A stretch of 63,742 nt of DNA, counting the filler, from Phoronis australis (lineage: Eukaryota; Animalia; Phoronida), in NCBI GenBank assembly GCA_002633005.1. It is 7 parts of 6 records of this genome, joined end to end, with 100 filler letters (N's around TTAATTAATTAA, not from the genome) between each part and the next. Parts side by side here need not be neighbours in the genome. Positions count along the whole stretch, not along the records: positions 60,903 to 63,742 come from NMRA01002073.1; 6 more parts are not named here. One strand, written 5' to 3'. The notes under the pieces are model-generated. The model saw only the letters and a program-made list of their open reading frames with translations. It had not been told where the DNA came from and did no database searches. The translations under genes and the position numbers were made by a program. Shown here in pieces: positions 61,273 to 63,742 of this stretch; within the stretch, counting starts at the first letter, position 1, and each line of letters opens with the position of its first letter.

Positions 61273-62979
61273 TTTTTTTTCACAATTAATACATTTATTA
61301 CAAAAGACAAATACATATACAAATATACTCACAGCACAACACAACACAACAACGTACAGAGCTGTGCATAAAAATAACGAGAAAGCATTTCATAGTTACT
61401 TCGAAATTAAAAAGTGCTACTTAAGTTTCTGTTCTGGCATCTGGTCAACTCTCTGGGTCCCCTCATGTTTCAAAAACACATTTCCAGTCTTCCCATTTTC
61501 TTGTATCATTAAATTTCCGTGTGTTTAACGAAGCCCTAACTTCTACATTAAAGCACTCATTCAAAAAATTTTTAAGACATCTTAAATTAGGTTTGACGTT
61601 AGCAAATTTCCTTTTAAAAATGAAAATTTTAGTTTGTAAAAGAAACCAATTCAAAATTCTATTCTTTTCATTTTGAAGACCAAATATTATGGTGGTTTTG
61701 TCTATTTCAAAATTTACTTGCATTGCAGTCGTTAACCAGAGACGTACCCCGTGCCAGAAAGAATTTACATATTCACATTCAAAGAATAAGTGTTCTAGAG
61801 TTTCGGGAAAGCATTTACAAAAAGTACAAGCATTTGAGTCCACGTATCTAATCTTATTTAAAAAGTAGTTAGTAGGAAGAATTCTATGCAGTAAGCGGAA
61901 GTGAAAGAAAATTAAGCTTGTGTCATTCGTACATTCATGTGGTAGTTTGTAATAGAAGTTCCACATTTTCTCTGGTAGCGAAAATCCCAATACTTCGAAT
62001 TTCTTTTGAGCCGATGGTATTATATCATTTTTGCACAGAATACGGTAAGAATCCCGACACCCCTTTTTCGTCAAAATAATATTTTTTAGGGAAAAAGGTA
62101 CAAGTGGTCCATATACCTTTTTTAGTATTAAGTTTTTGGAAAACGTTTTCAGGTATTTTTTATTGCACTGACAATTGAATAATATTTAAGAAAGCTGACA
62201 TTAATCTGATGAATCGTCTGGAAACTTTCAAAAGTGTAGAAGTTACCATTCCAGTCTAAAAAATCGTTCAAAATAGTACACCTTTTTCAACGAATGACTA
62301 ATAAATACAATGGCTGTATTCCACCGTTATACTACTGTTGGCCCACACATTAATTGACACCGCATCTTCGTGACCTGAAATAGTTTGTTTGTGAATTAAA
62401 AGGCTCCAATACTGGAAGCATTCTGCCCAAAAAGAGTTACAATTATCCGATCTAGTTAATCTATAGTCTTCATAGTTCAACATTCCATCTCTAGTAAGCC
62501 CGATATCTTTTTGCAACAAATAAGTCCATGGGGATGTTGTTAAAAAGAATCTTCTAATCCATGAAATTTTTAAAGACATATTAAATTTTTTGACATCAAC
62601 CATCATCAATCCACCCTCTTCTATGGATTTAACGAGTACTCCTCTTTTTATTTTATCAGGTTTTCCGTCCCAAATGAATTTAAAAAACAAAGTTTCAATA
62701 TCTCTAAAAGTAGTATCACTGGGACTTGGTAGCAGCATTAGCAGATGTATAATTTTTGGAAGCACAAGTGTTTTTAATACTGTGACCTTCCCAAAGATAG
62801 TCAGCTTTCTACGAGACCATATATTAATCAGACTCTTCATTTCCATTATTTTTGCATCGAAGTTATCTTTGGACATAGTATCCAAGTTCACGCTGAAATT
62901 AATACCTAGAAGCTTAAAATCAACGTCACCCCATTTTAGTTTCTAACGCGTGCGGTGAAACACTTCTTGAGACAACAGA
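61273..62979 (-). mobile_element. 5'-truncated L1/Tx1-clade LINE (ORF2 3' part, frameshifted) with poly(A) and TSD
   Basis: LLGINF...WSRRKLTIFGKVTVLKTLVLPK...FFKFIWDGKPDKIKR...EEGGL, and zf-RVT FRLLHRILPTN...CTFC...ETLEHLFFEC. AATAAA plus A8 tail at 61273-61280; ACAGAACTT at 61266-61274 and 62980-62988. Confidence 0.92.
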
Positions 62980-63302
62980 ACAGAACTTACTTTTATGCTG
63001 AAGAACAGAAAACAATAAATACAGGTTTCTGATTTGCAAAAAGGCCCCATTTAAAGTTGTTGTCTTTAGGGCTGAAGAAAGCATTTTTTGGATTACTGTT
63101 GAATTTGATGTACGTTTTGAAGTTGTTAGCTTCGACTAAAGTTATAAAACAATGAAATACGTTGTGTTTTGAGACGTCAATACAAATAGCGAATTATCGT
63201 TGTTTCTCCAGACATTCGTTTAGCTCAAGTCAACCAGGGTTGAGTTCCATAGACGCAAGAATCTCGCTACGGGATCTAGTATGATCGCATGCGTCTCGCA
63301 TG

Positions 63303-63341
63303 ATGTTGCGTGTTTGCGAGGTTCTCGCCTCTTCAGAACAC
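63303..63341 (-). ncRNA. Possible degenerate minimal type-I hammerhead ribozyme (Penelope-type)
   Basis: Minus strand: gtgtt CTGAAGA g gcgag-aac-ctcgc AAA cacg c aacat. Stems I and II pair, but the G of GAAA and the U of the cleavage triplet are missing. Confidence 0.3.
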
Positions 63342-63742
63342 ACGATGCAAAATAAACGGTGAAATACACGTGATAGCGGGAAGAGGGGCATACAAGCAGA
63401 GACTGTGAATGCAATGTATATGTTCGTATAAAATTATTGCCTGATGATTAGACATGCAGTCTCGAAATATACCTAGTGTTTTAATTTGTTTGTTTGTTAT
63501 GTCTCTCGGTGTTTTGATACATAGTTGCACACCTGAAGAAAGGTATTTTTAGACACTACGAGCGACTCTGTATCAAGCTTTCAAACAAAAAGTGTAGTCG
63601 TGTTTTCAATGAAATATGTCAGGCACCCTGATCATGTACATAAAATTTCAAAATTCGTCCGCTGCGCAGCATTGATTGGCCACTCTATGTTTGTTGAATG
63701 CAAAACAATGTCATTGGCAGCGATGTGATTTCATTGTTGGTG

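Overview
Eukaryotic, AT-rich, repeat-dense genomic DNA from an invertebrate animal (innexin present; repeat content looks lophotrochozoan, probably mollusc). The window is seven contigs joined by six artificial 100-bp N...TTAATTAATTAA...N linkers, so adjacency across linkers means nothing. Host genes, all on the minus strand: the last five coding exons of TCF25 (8654-14149), seven internal exons of HERC1 (52055-57363) and a 5'-truncated, intron-free innexin CDS (59717-60802). The TCF25 and HERC1 exons join in frame at GT-AG sites. The rest is mostly mobile DNA: two Kolobok-type elements with relics of the P2X7-ballast-like KolX gene (one also with a THAP exon), a hAT transposase relic, hAT5-like MITEs with 5-bp TSDs and a tRNA-like segment, a solo LTR, LTR-retrotransposon and LINE fragments, a Helentron-associated-like element and several satellites. 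The most unusual items are a decayed intronless zinc-finger-like/TatD nuclease ORF bracketed by inverted and direct repeats (47083-49998), a duplicated compact PC4-like ORF cluster (205-2410), two repeats with periodic CTCF-like motifs, and a tRNA-bearing hairpin element with a 13-bp TSD. All protein-family calls are from motif recognition by eye; no searches were run.
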